NCBI GenBank assembly: GCA_036339495.1
Contig: JAYZAW010000088.1
Location: forward strand, 4,588-68,587
Source of the DNA: Pseudomonadota bacterium
Lineage (GTDB): Bacteria > Pseudomonadota > Alphaproteobacteria > MPNO01
Direction: 5' to 3'
Length of the DNA: 64,000 nucleotides
Every line of letters begins with the position of its first letter. Position 1 is the stretch's first letter. The notes beneath the pieces were generated by a model. The model was given only the letters and a program-made list of their open reading frames with translations. It was not told the origin of the DNA and did not search any database. Position numbers and translations under genes: made by a program. Below are positions 21,470 through 31,583 of the stretch, piece by piece.

Positions 21470-23807
21470 CGCCGCCCTCGGTTCCAGGCGCGTCGGAATC
21501 GGGGGTCGCCTGACCGGCGCCGGACCGCGCCGTTTTGTTCCGGGTGACCGATGCCCGCTCCCTGCCCGCATCGGGCTGGCCCGATAGCATGCGGATGCGC
21601 GCGGCCGGCGCCTGGCCAAATCTGTCTTCTCCAAAATAGACCGTCTGATGGGGAAACGGAATTTCGATACCCAACTGGTCAAAACGTTTTTTCATGCGGC
21701 GGTTAAACTCGCGGCCGACCTGCCATTGCTTGATCGGCAATGTCGTGAACCGCGCCTTGATCACGACGGCGGAGTCCGCCAGTTGATCGACTCCAAGAAT
21801 TTCAAGCGGTTCGATGATCAGATCCTTGAAGCTATCATCCTGCTGCATTTCCGCGCCGATCTCGCGCAGCACTTCGACCACGTCATCGGTATCTTCGCTA
21901 TACCCGACGCCGACATCGAAAACATATCGGGAAAATTCCTTGGTCATGTTTTCGACGGTGGTGACTTCGCTGAACGGGATGATATGCACGTTGCCACCGA
22001 CATCCCTCAGCCGGAGCGTCCGGATAGTCAGGCTTTCAACCAGCCCGCCATGGCTGCCGATCCGAACTACGTCGCCGACCGCGATCTGGTCTTCCATCAG
22101 AATGAAAAATCCGGTGATGATATCCTTGACCAGGGCCTGCGCGCCGAAGCCGACCGCCAGGCCCAATATTCCCGCGCCCGCAAGCAATGGTCCAATATCC
22201 ATCCCCACTTCGGACAACGATGACAAAATTACCAATATTATCAGAGTGATCATCAGGGCATTTCGTAAAAGCGGAAGCAATGTCCGCGCTCGGCTGCTGA
22301 CATCCGCGCCGTCCGCATCGCTCTGGTTTAAATATCGTTCGATTGCGGAACTGAAAAATTCCCAGACCAGCACCGCCAGAATCACGATCACGATGATGGT
22401 CAGCAGGCTACCGGCAATGCTCCGCCCGATGTCGGTGGCCAACCATCCGAAGGCGTCGATTCTCCATGCCTGCAATACGGCGAAAACCGCGAGCGCCACG
22501 ATGACGGCGCGGACGCCGTGATGAAGAATGGCGAGGTAGCGGCCGGCGCGCGCTTCCAACCCCGGGAAACGCCGGCGGACATCTTCGCCAATCCCGAGAC
22601 CCCGTTCGAGTAATTGTTTCATTGCCCGCGACAATAGGACTGCTGCGGTCACGATAATGATCGTGAACACCGTTCCCTTCACGATCAGCGCAAATCCGCC
22701 TTCAAGATTTACCGCCCAGACCAGAAACAGCGCCGTAACATAAATAATCGCGAGAACATGCCAGATATCCGCCAATCTTCGGCGCAACACGCCGATCCCC
22801 GCCCGACCGGACTCGACCTCGGTTGACCCGGAAATCCATTTTGCCAAATTGTTCCGGTTCTGAAGAATCAGGACAACCAACAGCAGGGCGATCATAAGTC
22901 CGATGAGCAACCGGATGGTCTGATAACCGCTGGACGGCAACCCAAGCAGCAAGGACGCTTCGGCGAGAAAATAGCCATAGACGCCGATATTAACGAAGCG
23001 CCTCACCCAAAGGGACATGTAGTTCGCATTCAGGTCGCTCAGCGGAAAAAGACGCCGTCCCTCAGCTTGCGGCGCCAAAACTGTACACGCGATTGAAATG
23101 ATGCCGCGTGCAACTAAGATGGCGTTGATCACCGAAAGGGCGACAAGATTGATTGTCTTGTCGGCATGAACCACCGGCAACGCGCCATAGGTCGCGATGC
23201 CGAATGCCAGCAAAGGCAGCAAATCAACAAATATTCGCGCCGTCAAAAGCGGGATCCTGACGAGTATTGAACTCGATTGACGGTCCGCGATTATCCCGCG
23301 TAAACGCCCCAAAGCCAGGTTCACGATCCAGAAAACGATGACACCGGCGGCCACGACAGCCATAATCTTCCAGATCAACGCGATCCAGAATGCGCGGTTT
23401 TCGATGTTGGAAAACTGGTCGCGGACCCAGTTTATTGCTCCTGAAAAATCGACGAACGCGTCGGATCCGGAGACAAGCTTGTCCCCGAAATTACTGAGGC
23501 GCTCGGAGACTACATCAATAAATCTTGCGCCTATGCGGCGGTCGTTCGCATCTTTTCCTTCCACTTGCCGTCGGACGGCGAGCAGAGCGTTTAGCTGGCC
23601 AATCAGCTTTTTCCGCGCGGATTTGTCCTCCAGCGTATCGACCAGCGCCTTGATCTCCGCGTCGGGTAGCGCGCCCATGGCGGACTCGGCCTGAACTCCG
23701 GAGTCGGTTTGCGCGTCCGCCGGGCCGTCCAAAACCATCGCGGCCAGGAAAAACATCAAAAACGCAAATGGAACGATCCGTGCATGCGTGAGAAATGGTG
23801 AATTCAT
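21459..23807 (-). CDS. Large mechanosensitive channel of the MscS family (MscK/MscM/KefA-like)
   Basis: 782 aa. A signal peptide plus periplasmic coiled-coil N-domain is followed by about 10 TM helices. The MscS core GFGAQALVKDIITGFFILMEDQIAVGDVV is present, and the C-terminus is acidic. Confidence 0.85.
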   Translation of the reverse strand: MNSPFLTHARIVPFAFLMFFLAAMVLDGPADAQTDSGVQAESAMGALPDAEIKALVDTLEDKSARKKLIGQLNALLAVRRQVEGKDANDRRIGARFIDVVSERLSNFGDKLVSGSDAFVDFSGAINWVRDQFSNIENRAFWIALIWKIMAVVAAGVIVFWIVNLALGRLRGIIADRQSSSILVRIPLLTARIFVDLLPLLAFGIATYGALPVVHADKTINLVALSVINAILVARGIISIACTVLAPQAEGRRLFPLSDLNANYMSLWVRRFVNIGVYGYFLAEASLLLGLPSSGYQTIRLLIGLMIALLLVVLILQNRNNLAKWISGSTEVESGRAGIGVLRRRLADIWHVLAIIYVTALFLVWAVNLEGGFALIVKGTVFTIIIVTAAVLLSRAMKQLLERGLGIGEDVRRRFPGLEARAGRYLAILHHGVRAVIVALAVFAVLQAWRIDAFGWLATDIGRSIAGSLLTIIVIVILAVLVWEFFSSAIERYLNQSDADGADVSSRARTLLPLLRNALMITLIILVILSSLSEVGMDIGPLLAGAGILGLAVGFGAQALVKDIITGFFILMEDQIAVGDVVRIGSHGGLVESLTIRTLRLRDVGGNVHIIPFSEVTTVENMTKEFSRYVFDVGVGYSEDTDDVVEVLREIGAEMQQDDSFKDLIIEPLEILGVDQLADSAVVIKARFTTLPIKQWQVGREFNRRMKKRFDQLGIEIPFPHQTVYFGEDRFGQAPAARIRMLSGQPDAGRERASVTRNKTARSGAGQATPDSDAPGTEGGDGD

Positions 23808-23953
23808 TCTGTTTCATCGGTTTTTCGGAATTGAAGCGAATTTATCTTCTCTACGTCGACATGTCACACTTTATACGGCTTTGATCGAAATCACGTGAAC
23901 CCGGCGGGACCATCGCCTATGATCTGTCGTCAGAATCCCGGGAATATAAAATT

Positions 23954-24790
23954 ATGGGTACAATAAATCTGTCGGATAAAGTCGCCATTGTCACCGGCGG
24001 CGGGCGCGGGCTCGGCCGCGCCATGACGCTGTCCCTCGTGGAAGCGGGCGCCAGCGTTTGCGCCGCAACCTATAACGCGGAAGATATCGACAATCTGCGC
24101 ACTGAATGTGACAGCCTGCCCGGACGGGTCCTGGCCATCGAAACCGACATTCGCAGCGCGGAAGATTGTGCGATCGCCGTTCGCAGCACGGTCGATGCGT
24201 TCGGCGGCGTCGATATGCTGGTCAATAATGCGGGCGTCGGCATGGTACTGGTCAGCGACAACTACACCCGCGTCGCGCCGAAGTTCTGGGAGATCGAACC
24301 GGACGCATGGCGTCAGATTATTGACACCAACTTTTCCGGCGCATTTCAGATGGCGCGAGAAGCAACGCCCCATATGCTGGAAAAAGGCTGGGGCCGCATC
24401 GTAAATGTGACCACCAGCATCCACACCATGCAACGCAAGGGGTATTCGCCTTACGGATCATCCAAGGCGGCGTTCGAGGCGGCGAGCCTGTCTTGGTCGG
24501 AAGATTTGGAAGGCACCGGCGTTTCGGTGAATATTCTGATTCCCGGCGGCGCGGCGGATACGACTCTGCTGCCCGGCAAGCCCGGCGATCCGGGACGATC
24601 CGGCGCCGATGGCAATCTGCTGGACCCGGTGGTCATGAAAGCTGGCATTCAATGGCTCGCGTCGAATTTTTCCGACGGCGTCAACGGCTTGCGCTTTATC
24701 GGCAAGGACTGGGATTCGTCCTTGCCGCCGGAACGGGGCGCGGAAAATTCGGCGGGGCCGATCGGTTTCGATCCCCGGCCGAAACAATAA
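23954..24790 (+). CDS. SDR-family oxidoreductase
   Basis: VAIVTGGGRGLGRA Rossmann motif and a YxxxK active site (YGSSKAA). It lies 23 nt upstream of the CoxL-like gene. Confidence 0.85.
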   Translation: MGTINLSDKVAIVTGGGRGLGRAMTLSLVEAGASVCAATYNAEDIDNLRTECDSLPGRVLAIETDIRSAEDCAIAVRSTVDAFGGVDMLVNNAGVGMVLVSDNYTRVAPKFWEIEPDAWRQIIDTNFSGAFQMAREATPHMLEKGWGRIVNVTTSIHTMQRKGYSPYGSSKAAFEAASLSWSEDLEGTGVSVNILIPGGAADTTLLPGKPGDPGRSGADGNLLDPVVMKAGIQWLASNFSDGVNGLRFIGKDWDSSLPPERGAENSAGPIGFDPRPKQ

Positions 24791-24812
24791 ACGCGGAATT
24801 CAAGGAACGATC

Positions 24813-27137
24813 ATGGTGAAGTTTGGCGTAGGACAGGGCGTACCACGTTGGGAAGACCCGCGACTATTGCGCGGCGGCGGGCGTTATTCGGACGATATCA
24901 ACCGATCCGGTCAGGCATATGGCCATGTCGTAAGATCGATTCACGCCCATGCGGTTATCAATTCGATCGATGTTGCCGCCGCACGGGCCGCGCCAGGCGT
25001 GTTGGCCGTCTATACCGGGAAAGACTACGCCGCGTCGGGTCTTGGTGCGATACCCTGCGCCGTGCCGCGCCAGAAACCAGATGGCTCGCCGATGTTCACC
25101 CCGCCCAATATGGCGCTGCGGACCGGGCGGGTCCGCCTGGTCGGCGATTACGTTGCCTTCGTCGTTGCGGAAACGCTGGAGCAGGCTTGCGATGCCGGGG
25201 AACTGGTGGAAATCGACTATTCGCCCCTGCCGTCGGTTACCGCGACGATGGACGCCACCGCCGACAATGCCGCGAGCGTCTGGGACGAGTGCCCCGACAA
25301 TGTCTGTTTCAAGTTCAATCTGGGCGATAGGGCAAAAACCGATGCCGCTTTCGACGCCGCCGATCACGTCACGCGGCTGGAGATGAATATCACCCGGGTT
25401 GCGGTCAACCCGATGGAGAACCGCGCCTGCGTCGCGGAATATGACAAATTTGATGACCGCTATACGCTTTACGCCGGCTGCCAGGGACCGCACGGGTTGC
25501 GGCAGGCGATGGCGGAGCCGATCCTGAAGATCCCGGAAAACAGGCTCCGCATCGTCAGTGACGACATGGGCGGCGCTTTCGGCATGCGGAGCGGGCCATA
25601 TTGCGAATATATTCTTTGCCTGTGGGCGGCAAAAAATATGGACCGGCCGGTGAAATGGACCGGCGACCGCACCCAGGGCATGATGAGCGACGATCACGCC
25701 AGGGATAATTTTACCACCGCCGAACTGGCGCTCGACCATGACGGAAAATTCCTCGGACTTCGCATCCGCACGATCGCCAATCTCGGCGCGTATCTGACCT
25801 TGCTCGGCCCCCATTCGCCGACCAATAATCTTGGGACTTTGGCCAATACTTACACCACGCCCGCGTTCGATATCGAAATCACCGGGGTTTTCACCAATAC
25901 AAATTCCACCGGACCGTACCGGGGGGCGGGCCGTCCGGAAGCGGCATATGTCATCGAACGGGTGATCGACAGCGCGGCGCGGGAAATGGACATCGACCGG
26001 GCGGAAATCCGCCGCCGCAACATGATTCCCGAAAGCGCCATGCCCTATCAAACCGGGCTGTTGTTCAAATATGATTGCGGCCAATTCGAAAAGAACATGG
26101 ATGGCGCGCTGAAAATGTCGGAATTCGATGGGTTCGAGAACCGAAGGACGGATGCCCGATCACAGGGCAAACTGCGCGGCATCGGCATCGCCAACGCCAT
26201 CGAGCAATCGGCCGGCGGACCGCAGGAAACCGCCCAGATCCGGTTCGACCCATCGGGCAGCGTCACTTTGATCATGGGCACCCATAATCACGGCCAGGGA
26301 CATGAAACCATTTTCCGCCAGATGCTGTCGGAAAAGCTGGGGCTTGAGTTCGAACAAATCGTGCTGTCCCAGGGCGACACCGACAAGGTGATCGCCGGCA
26401 CGGGGACGTTCGGGTCCAGATCGTCGGGCGTCGGCGGCGCGTCGATCATGATGGCCGCCGACAAGATCATCGATAAATGCCGCATCGTGGCGGCACATCA
26501 GCTGGAAGCGGCCGAGGAAGATATCGAGTTCGAAAATGGCGATTTTACAGTTGCCGGCACGGACCGCTCGGTCAGCCTGATCGACACGGCCAAGGCGGCG
26601 CAGAACTTCATAACCGCACCGCCCGGCATGGAACCCGGCCTGGATGAATGGTCGGCATGGCGTCCGCCCGCGCCGACATTTCCCAATGGCTGCCATGTCT
26701 GCGAGGTGGAAATCGACCTGGAAACCGGTGAACTCGATTTGCTGTGCTACTGCGCGGTCGATGACGTGGGAACGGTCATCAACCCGCTATTGCTCGACGG
26801 TCAGGTCCACGGCGGCATTGCCCAGGGCGTTGGGCAGATCGTGATGGAAAATGTCGTCTGGGACCGTGAGTCCGGCCAGCTCATCGCGGGCTCCTTCATG
26901 GATTACGCCATGCCGCGCGCCGATGATTTTCCCAATTTCAAATTGAAAACCAACGAAGTGCCGAGCGCAACCAACCCCATGGGTGTCAAGGGCGCGGGTG
27001 AAGCCGGCTGCGTGGGCGCCATGCCCGCCTTGATGAACGCCATAGTCGATGCGCTGGCCCCAATCGGAATCGATAGCTTTGATATGCCCGCAACGCCGGA
27101 ACGACTGTGGCAGGCTATTAAACACGCTTCAGCGTAG
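24813..27137 (+). CDS. Xanthine-dehydrogenase-family molybdopterin-binding large subunit (form II CoxL-like; substrate unknown)
   Basis: 774 aa. The active-site loop is PYRGAGRPEAAYVIE, the form II-type YRGAGR motif rather than the CO-dehydrogenase VAYRCSFR motif. The N-terminal a/b-hammerhead region is present, and no adjacent FAD or 2Fe-2S subunit genes are seen. Confidence 0.8.
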   Translation: MVKFGVGQGVPRWEDPRLLRGGGRYSDDINRSGQAYGHVVRSIHAHAVINSIDVAAARAAPGVLAVYTGKDYAASGLGAIPCAVPRQKPDGSPMFTPPNMALRTGRVRLVGDYVAFVVAETLEQACDAGELVEIDYSPLPSVTATMDATADNAASVWDECPDNVCFKFNLGDRAKTDAAFDAADHVTRLEMNITRVAVNPMENRACVAEYDKFDDRYTLYAGCQGPHGLRQAMAEPILKIPENRLRIVSDDMGGAFGMRSGPYCEYILCLWAAKNMDRPVKWTGDRTQGMMSDDHARDNFTTAELALDHDGKFLGLRIRTIANLGAYLTLLGPHSPTNNLGTLANTYTTPAFDIEITGVFTNTNSTGPYRGAGRPEAAYVIERVIDSAAREMDIDRAEIRRRNMIPESAMPYQTGLLFKYDCGQFEKNMDGALKMSEFDGFENRRTDARSQGKLRGIGIANAIEQSAGGPQETAQIRFDPSGSVTLIMGTHNHGQGHETIFRQMLSEKLGLEFEQIVLSQGDTDKVIAGTGTFGSRSSGVGGASIMMAADKIIDKCRIVAAHQLEAAEEDIEFENGDFTVAGTDRSVSLIDTAKAAQNFITAPPGMEPGLDEWSAWRPPAPTFPNGCHVCEVEIDLETGELDLLCYCAVDDVGTVINPLLLDGQVHGGIAQGVGQIVMENVVWDRESGQLIAGSFMDYAMPRADDFPNFKLKTNEVPSATNPMGVKGAGEAGCVGAMPALMNAIVDALAPIGIDSFDMPATPERLWQAIKHASA

Positions 27138-27143
27138 CGCCAG

Positions 27144-29936
27144 TCACATTTGTGTGGAGAGAAACTCGCGGGTTACGCGGATCGCATCCGCCAATCCGAC
27201 GCGTTCGATGGAAACGCCTGGCGGAAACGCGCCGGCCAGGCGCGACGGCATCATTGGGTCGAGCATGATGAAAATTCCGGCATCGCCCTGACGCCGCACC
27301 AGCCGGCCATAGGCCTGTTTCAGTCTGAGCCGGGTGATCATGTCGTCATAATGCCCGCGCGCGAACGCCTTGCGGCGATGACGATGCAGAATGGAGGGCC
27401 GCGGCCAGGGAACCCTGTCGAACACGATAAGCCGCAAAGATCGGCCCGGCACGTCGACCCCGTCACGCACCGCATCGGTTCCCAGCAGACAGAAATCCTC
27501 CTCGGCGCGGAAGATATCGATCAGGCTGGCGATATCCATATTGTCCGCATGCTGAGCCAAAAGCGTGAGACCGGCCACTTCCAGTTCCTGTGCAATTTTC
27601 CCATGCACGGCCCGCAATCGTGAGATTGCGGTAAACAGCCCGAGCGCGCCGCCGCCCGCCGCAACAAATAATTCCCGATAGGCGGCGGCGACCTGGGTCA
27701 GATTATCCTTTCTCACATCGGTGATCACTAAAACACGGGTCTGGACCGGATAATCGAAGGGCGACGGCGCCAAGGCGCGAATTGCCTGATTTTCGAGATG
27801 GCTGGCGCCGCTGCGTTCCTCGGCGGCGATCCAGTCGACTTCTTCATCGCCGGTACCATCCCGCATGGTGGCCGAAGTCACGACCATGCCATGGGCCGGC
27901 GAGGCCACCAGACGCGCGAAAGGTATCGTCGGATCGGTCCAGTGCCGGTGCATGCCGACATCGAAATCGCGTCCTCCCATGCGGCTGATGGAAAACCAGT
28001 CGACGAACTCCTCCGGGACGCCTTCGCCGAGCGCCGTCAACATGGCGCGCCACGCTTCGATCTGGCCTTCGACGCGGCGGCGCAAACCGCGGCATACCGC
28101 CTCGACCCGGTTGCGGGTTGCGGTATCGAGATCGGCGGCGCGGATATCCAGCTGGCCGGTCAGTCTTTCGGTCAGTGCCCGGATCGGATTGGACAACCGG
28201 CCGAGCGCGATTTCCAGTTCAAGCGCCGCGTCCAGCAAACCATCGACCAGGGGCAAGGTTTCGGTTTCGAGATTGTAGGGCGTGTTGGGATCGTCGGTGC
28301 GGGCATAGACCTGCCGGCGGACCAGACTCAAAAAAGCCTCCGCGGCGCCGTGGGGGGACCCCCCGGAAAAACGCTGACGCCAATCCGGTCCTGGTAGTTT
28401 GCGAGCCGCCTGCAGGACTTCGACAAGCCGATCCTCGGTCGTCTCGTCAAAAGCCGCCATGTCCTCAATGCGCCGCCTGAGACCCCGCGCCCGGCTATGG
28501 CGGCCTTCTTCCGCGCCAAGCAGCCAATGGCGCAGATCGGCACATTCCTGCCCGCCGAGATGGGCCGAAAACGCGCTGTCGGCGGCGTCGAAGACGTGAT
28601 GACCCTCGTCGAAAATCACGCGCGTGGGGACAAACCCGTCATCAAGCCCGCCGGACGCCGCTTGTGTCATGACAAGGGCATGGTTGGCGACCACGAGATC
28701 GGCGCGGCGCGCCCTGCGGACGGCGCGCTCGATGAAGCATTTGTGATAATGCCGGCACGCCGAATAAATGCATTCGCCGCGCCGATCGGTCAGCCCCAGC
28801 GTATTGCGCGCGCCCAGCAGATCGCCGAGCCAGGCCGGAAAATCGCCACCGACCATGTCGCCATCCCGCGTCGCCGACGCCCAACGCGCAATCAGCCCCA
28901 GCGCGATGGCGTCTTCGGGCCGCGCGCCGATCCTCGGCGTCGCTTCTTCCAAATTTAACAGACACAGATAGTTTTCCCGACCCTTCCTTATCACCACCCG
29001 GCGCGATTTGACGGCGGGATCGGGGCAGAGCCGGTCCAGCTCGCCATCGATCTGGCGCTGAAGGTTGCGGGTATAGGTGCTGATCCAGACCGGCGCTTCG
29101 TTTTTTTCCGCCCACAGACTGGCGGGCGCGATATAGCCGAGGGTCTTGCCGACGCCGGTTCCGGCTTCGGCGATCACAAGATTGGGTTCGTCCTCGCGCT
29201 CGCGCTGGGTAAAGGCGAGGCTCACGGCGGATGCATAATCCGCCTGCTGGGGTCGTTCCTCGGCATCATCGCCGACCAGCCCGGCAAGGCGCGCGCGCGC
29301 CGCGGCCGGATCGATCACGATATTACCGGGCGGAGGTTCAGGCGCATAGTCGGACCATTCAGGCAGCCGACGCCAGATATCCAGATTACCTCCCGAGATA
29401 TCGTCATCCATGTCCAGTGCGCCGCGCACCGCGGGCGCCCAGCCCCAGCCGCCCCGCGCCATCGGGGAAACAATTGGGGCCGCCGCGCGTTTGTCGCGCT
29501 CATCCATGTCGCGCAATCCGTCGATCAACCGCGACGACGCCTCCACCAAAAGGCGGGCAGAGGCCTCAAGATTTTCCGGACGGGCAAGACCGAGCGCATC
29601 CGCAATTCCGTTAATTGTCGGCAGGCAGGTTTGTGCCGGAAATACGAAGGCAAACAACTCCAGGATATCGCGCGCTTTGAACGGTCCGCTCCCCAGCCGG
29701 CGCGCGACGGATGGCTGATGGCAGATAATCGGAATCATGCCGCCCGCGATCATCCCGGACGCATCGGCTCGCCGGATTTCACGCGGCTCTTTGCCGTCTT
29801 CCAACAACACCACGCGGCGAATTCCCACGACAAGCACCGGCGATGGAATCAAAAGAAGGTCGGAAGAAGCTAATTCGTTCATTGGTTCATTCATATCTGC
29901 GTGGGCAGTATAGGGCGCGGACGCCGGACCCGCCAT
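27144..29936 (-). CDS. DinG/Rad3-family ATP-dependent DNA helicase (Fe-S type)
   Basis: Walker A IAEAGTGVGKTLGYIAP, a DEGH box (VIFDEGHHVF) and the four-Cys Fe-S insert (YLCLLN...GECIYSACRHYHKC) are present. The start was trimmed to ATG 29936 (MAGPAS...) because the ORF-track start would overlap lysK. An alternative start is 29894. Confidence 0.8.
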   Translation of the reverse strand: MAGPASAPYTAHADMNEPMNELASSDLLLIPSPVLVVGIRRVVLLEDGKEPREIRRADASGMIAGGMIPIICHQPSVARRLGSGPFKARDILELFAFVFPAQTCLPTINGIADALGLARPENLEASARLLVEASSRLIDGLRDMDERDKRAAAPIVSPMARGGWGWAPAVRGALDMDDDISGGNLDIWRRLPEWSDYAPEPPPGNIVIDPAAARARLAGLVGDDAEERPQQADYASAVSLAFTQREREDEPNLVIAEAGTGVGKTLGYIAPASLWAEKNEAPVWISTYTRNLQRQIDGELDRLCPDPAVKSRRVVIRKGRENYLCLLNLEEATPRIGARPEDAIALGLIARWASATRDGDMVGGDFPAWLGDLLGARNTLGLTDRRGECIYSACRHYHKCFIERAVRRARRADLVVANHALVMTQAASGGLDDGFVPTRVIFDEGHHVFDAADSAFSAHLGGQECADLRHWLLGAEEGRHSRARGLRRRIEDMAAFDETTEDRLVEVLQAARKLPGPDWRQRFSGGSPHGAAEAFLSLVRRQVYARTDDPNTPYNLETETLPLVDGLLDAALELEIALGRLSNPIRALTERLTGQLDIRAADLDTATRNRVEAVCRGLRRRVEGQIEAWRAMLTALGEGVPEEFVDWFSISRMGGRDFDVGMHRHWTDPTIPFARLVASPAHGMVVTSATMRDGTGDEEVDWIAAEERSGASHLENQAIRALAPSPFDYPVQTRVLVITDVRKDNLTQVAAAYRELFVAAGGGALGLFTAISRLRAVHGKIAQELEVAGLTLLAQHADNMDIASLIDIFRAEEDFCLLGTDAVRDGVDVPGRSLRLIVFDRVPWPRPSILHRHRRKAFARGHYDDMITRLRLKQAYGRLVRRQGDAGIFIMLDPMMPSRLAGAFPPGVSIERVGLADAIRVTREFLSTQM

Positions 29937-29996
29937 TGACGCGATTCGGGTGCGCGCGTAGGTTCTGCGCCGCTGCCCCAACGACAAGGAAATTTC

Positions 29997-31583
29997 GTGA
30001 GTACCGACCGCAACGATGCCAATTCCGCGCGATCCTGGCCTTTCGAGGAGGCCCGGAAGGTGCGCGACCGACTGGGCGGCCAAACACCGGAAAAGGGCTA
30101 TGTGCTGTTCGAAACCGGCTATGGCCCGTCGGGACTGCCCCATATCGGGACATTTGGCGAAGTCGTCCGCACGACGATGGTGCGCAAGGCGTTTGCCGAG
30201 ATCTGCGACATGCCGACGCGACTGTTCGCCTTTTCCGACGATATGGATGGGCTGCGCAAGGTGCCCGACAATGTTCCGAACCAGAAAATGATGAACGAGC
30301 ATCTCGGCAAACCATTGACCGCGATTCCCGACCCGTTCGGCACCCATGAGAGTTTCGGCCACCACAATAATGCCCGGCTTCGAGCCTTTCTCGATGAGTT
30401 CGGCTTCGACTACGAATTCCAGTCGTCAACCGAGTGTTACAAGAGCGGCAGGTTCGATGCGGCGCTGCTCGGCGTGATGGCCCATTATGACGAGGTCATG
30501 AAAGTCATCCTGCCGACATTGGGCGAAGAACGCCGCGCGACCTACAGCCCGTTTTTGCCTGTCTGTCCCAAAACCGGGGTGGTGCTGCAGGTTCCCGTGA
30601 TCTCCCGCGATCTGGAGGCCGGCACGATTGTCTATCGCGACGAGGACGGCGCCACGCAGGAAGTATCGGTGACCGGCGGCCATTGCAAACTGCAATGGAA
30701 AGCCGACTGGGCAATGCGCTGGGTGGCGCTGGCGGTCGATTACGAAATGTCAGGCAAGGATTTGATCGAGTCGGTAAAGCTGTCGGGCCGCATTTGCCGC
30801 ATTCTCGGCAGCACCCCGCCGGAAGGATTTACCTACGAACTGTTCCTGGACGAAAACGGCGAGAAAATCTCCAAATCCCGCGGTAACGGCTTGTCCGTCG
30901 AGGAATGGCTGACTTATGCACCGCCGGAAAGCCTGTCGCTGTTCATGGTCAACTCACCGCGCAAGGCCAAGCGGCTGCATTTCGATGTGATCCCGCGCCA
31001 GGTCGACGATTATCTGACCCATCTGGGAAAATTCGTGGAACAGGAACCCGCCGCGCGTTTGGACAATCCCGCATGGCACATCCACGGCGGCGTGCCGCCG
31101 GCGGCGGAAGGCTTCGTGACATTCGGTCTGCTGCTAAACCTCGCCAGCGTTTGCAATTCGGACGACAAATCGGTGCTCTGGGGCTTTATCACCCGATATG
31201 CGCCCGATGCGACGCCGGAAACGGCGCCTATCCTGGACCGGTTGGTGGAATACGCAGCGCACTATTACCGGGATTTCGTAAAACCCGCCAAAAACTACCG
31301 CGCACCGTCGGACATGGAACGCACGGCGATTGAGGAATTGGTCGCCGAATTGGAGGCGCTGCCCACCGACGCCGATGCGGAAACCATTCAGACCGAAATC
31401 TACGAAATCGGCAAACGGCACCCGTTTGAAAATCTCCGTGACTGGTTCAAGGCCTTGTATGAGGTTTTACTGGGCCAAAGCCAGGGGCCGCGCTTCGGGT
31501 CATTTGTCGCGCTCTACGGCAAGGACGAAACGATCGCACTGATAAAACATGTGCTCGCCGGTGAAAGACCCGCCTCGGATTGA
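29997..31583 (+). CDS. lysK: Class I lysyl-tRNA synthetase
   Basis: 528 aa with a class-I HIGH-like motif (GLPHIGT) and KMSKS-like KISKS ([11 protein letters not shown]). This is the class-I LysRS typical of many alphaproteobacteria. Confidence 0.88.
   Translation: MSTDRNDANSARSWPFEEARKVRDRLGGQTPEKGYVLFETGYGPSGLPHIGTFGEVVRTTMVRKAFAEICDMPTRLFAFSDDMDGLRKVPDNVPNQKMMNEHLGKPLTAIPDPFGTHESFGHHNNARLRAFLDEFGFDYEFQSSTECYKSGRFDAALLGVMAHYDEVMKVILPTLGEERRATYSPFLPVCPKTGVVLQVPVISRDLEAGTIVYRDEDGATQEVSVTGGHCKLQWKADWAMRWVALAVDYEMSGKDLIESVKLSGRICRILGSTPPEGFTYELFLDENGEKISKSRGNGLSVEEWLTYAPPESLSLFMVNSPRKAKRLHFDVIPRQVDDYLTHLGKFVEQEPAARLDNPAWHIHGGVPPAAEGFVTFGLLLNLASVCNSDDKSVLWGFITRYAPDATPETAPILDRLVEYAAHYYRDFVKPAKNYRAPSDMERTAIEELVAELEALPTDADAETIQTEIYEIGKRHPFENLRDWFKALYEVLLGQSQGPRFGSFVALYGKDETIALIKHVLAGERPASD

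Noticed and set aside
20636-21682. 348-aa version of the ABC-2 permease with a long Arg/Pro-rich N-terminal extension
   Set aside because: The extension overlaps the upstream MscK-like gene by more than 200 nt and is compositionally non-protein-like. The internal ATG at 21469 gives a normal-length permease.
24864-26084. 406-aa minus-strand ORF inside the CoxL-like gene, plus many 60-180-aa ORFs on both strands
   Set aside because: It is antisense to, or in an alternative frame of, a well-supported gene. Its Arg/Gly/Pro-rich composition is typical of GC-rich frame artefacts.
27144-30365. 1073-aa version of the DinG-like helicase, and the 684-aa version of hyuB2 (59910-61964)
   Set aside because: The N-terminal extensions would overlap lysK or hyuA2 on the opposite or same strand. 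Internal ATGs (29936; 61745) give family-typical N-termini, MAGPAS... and MDPITFSII....
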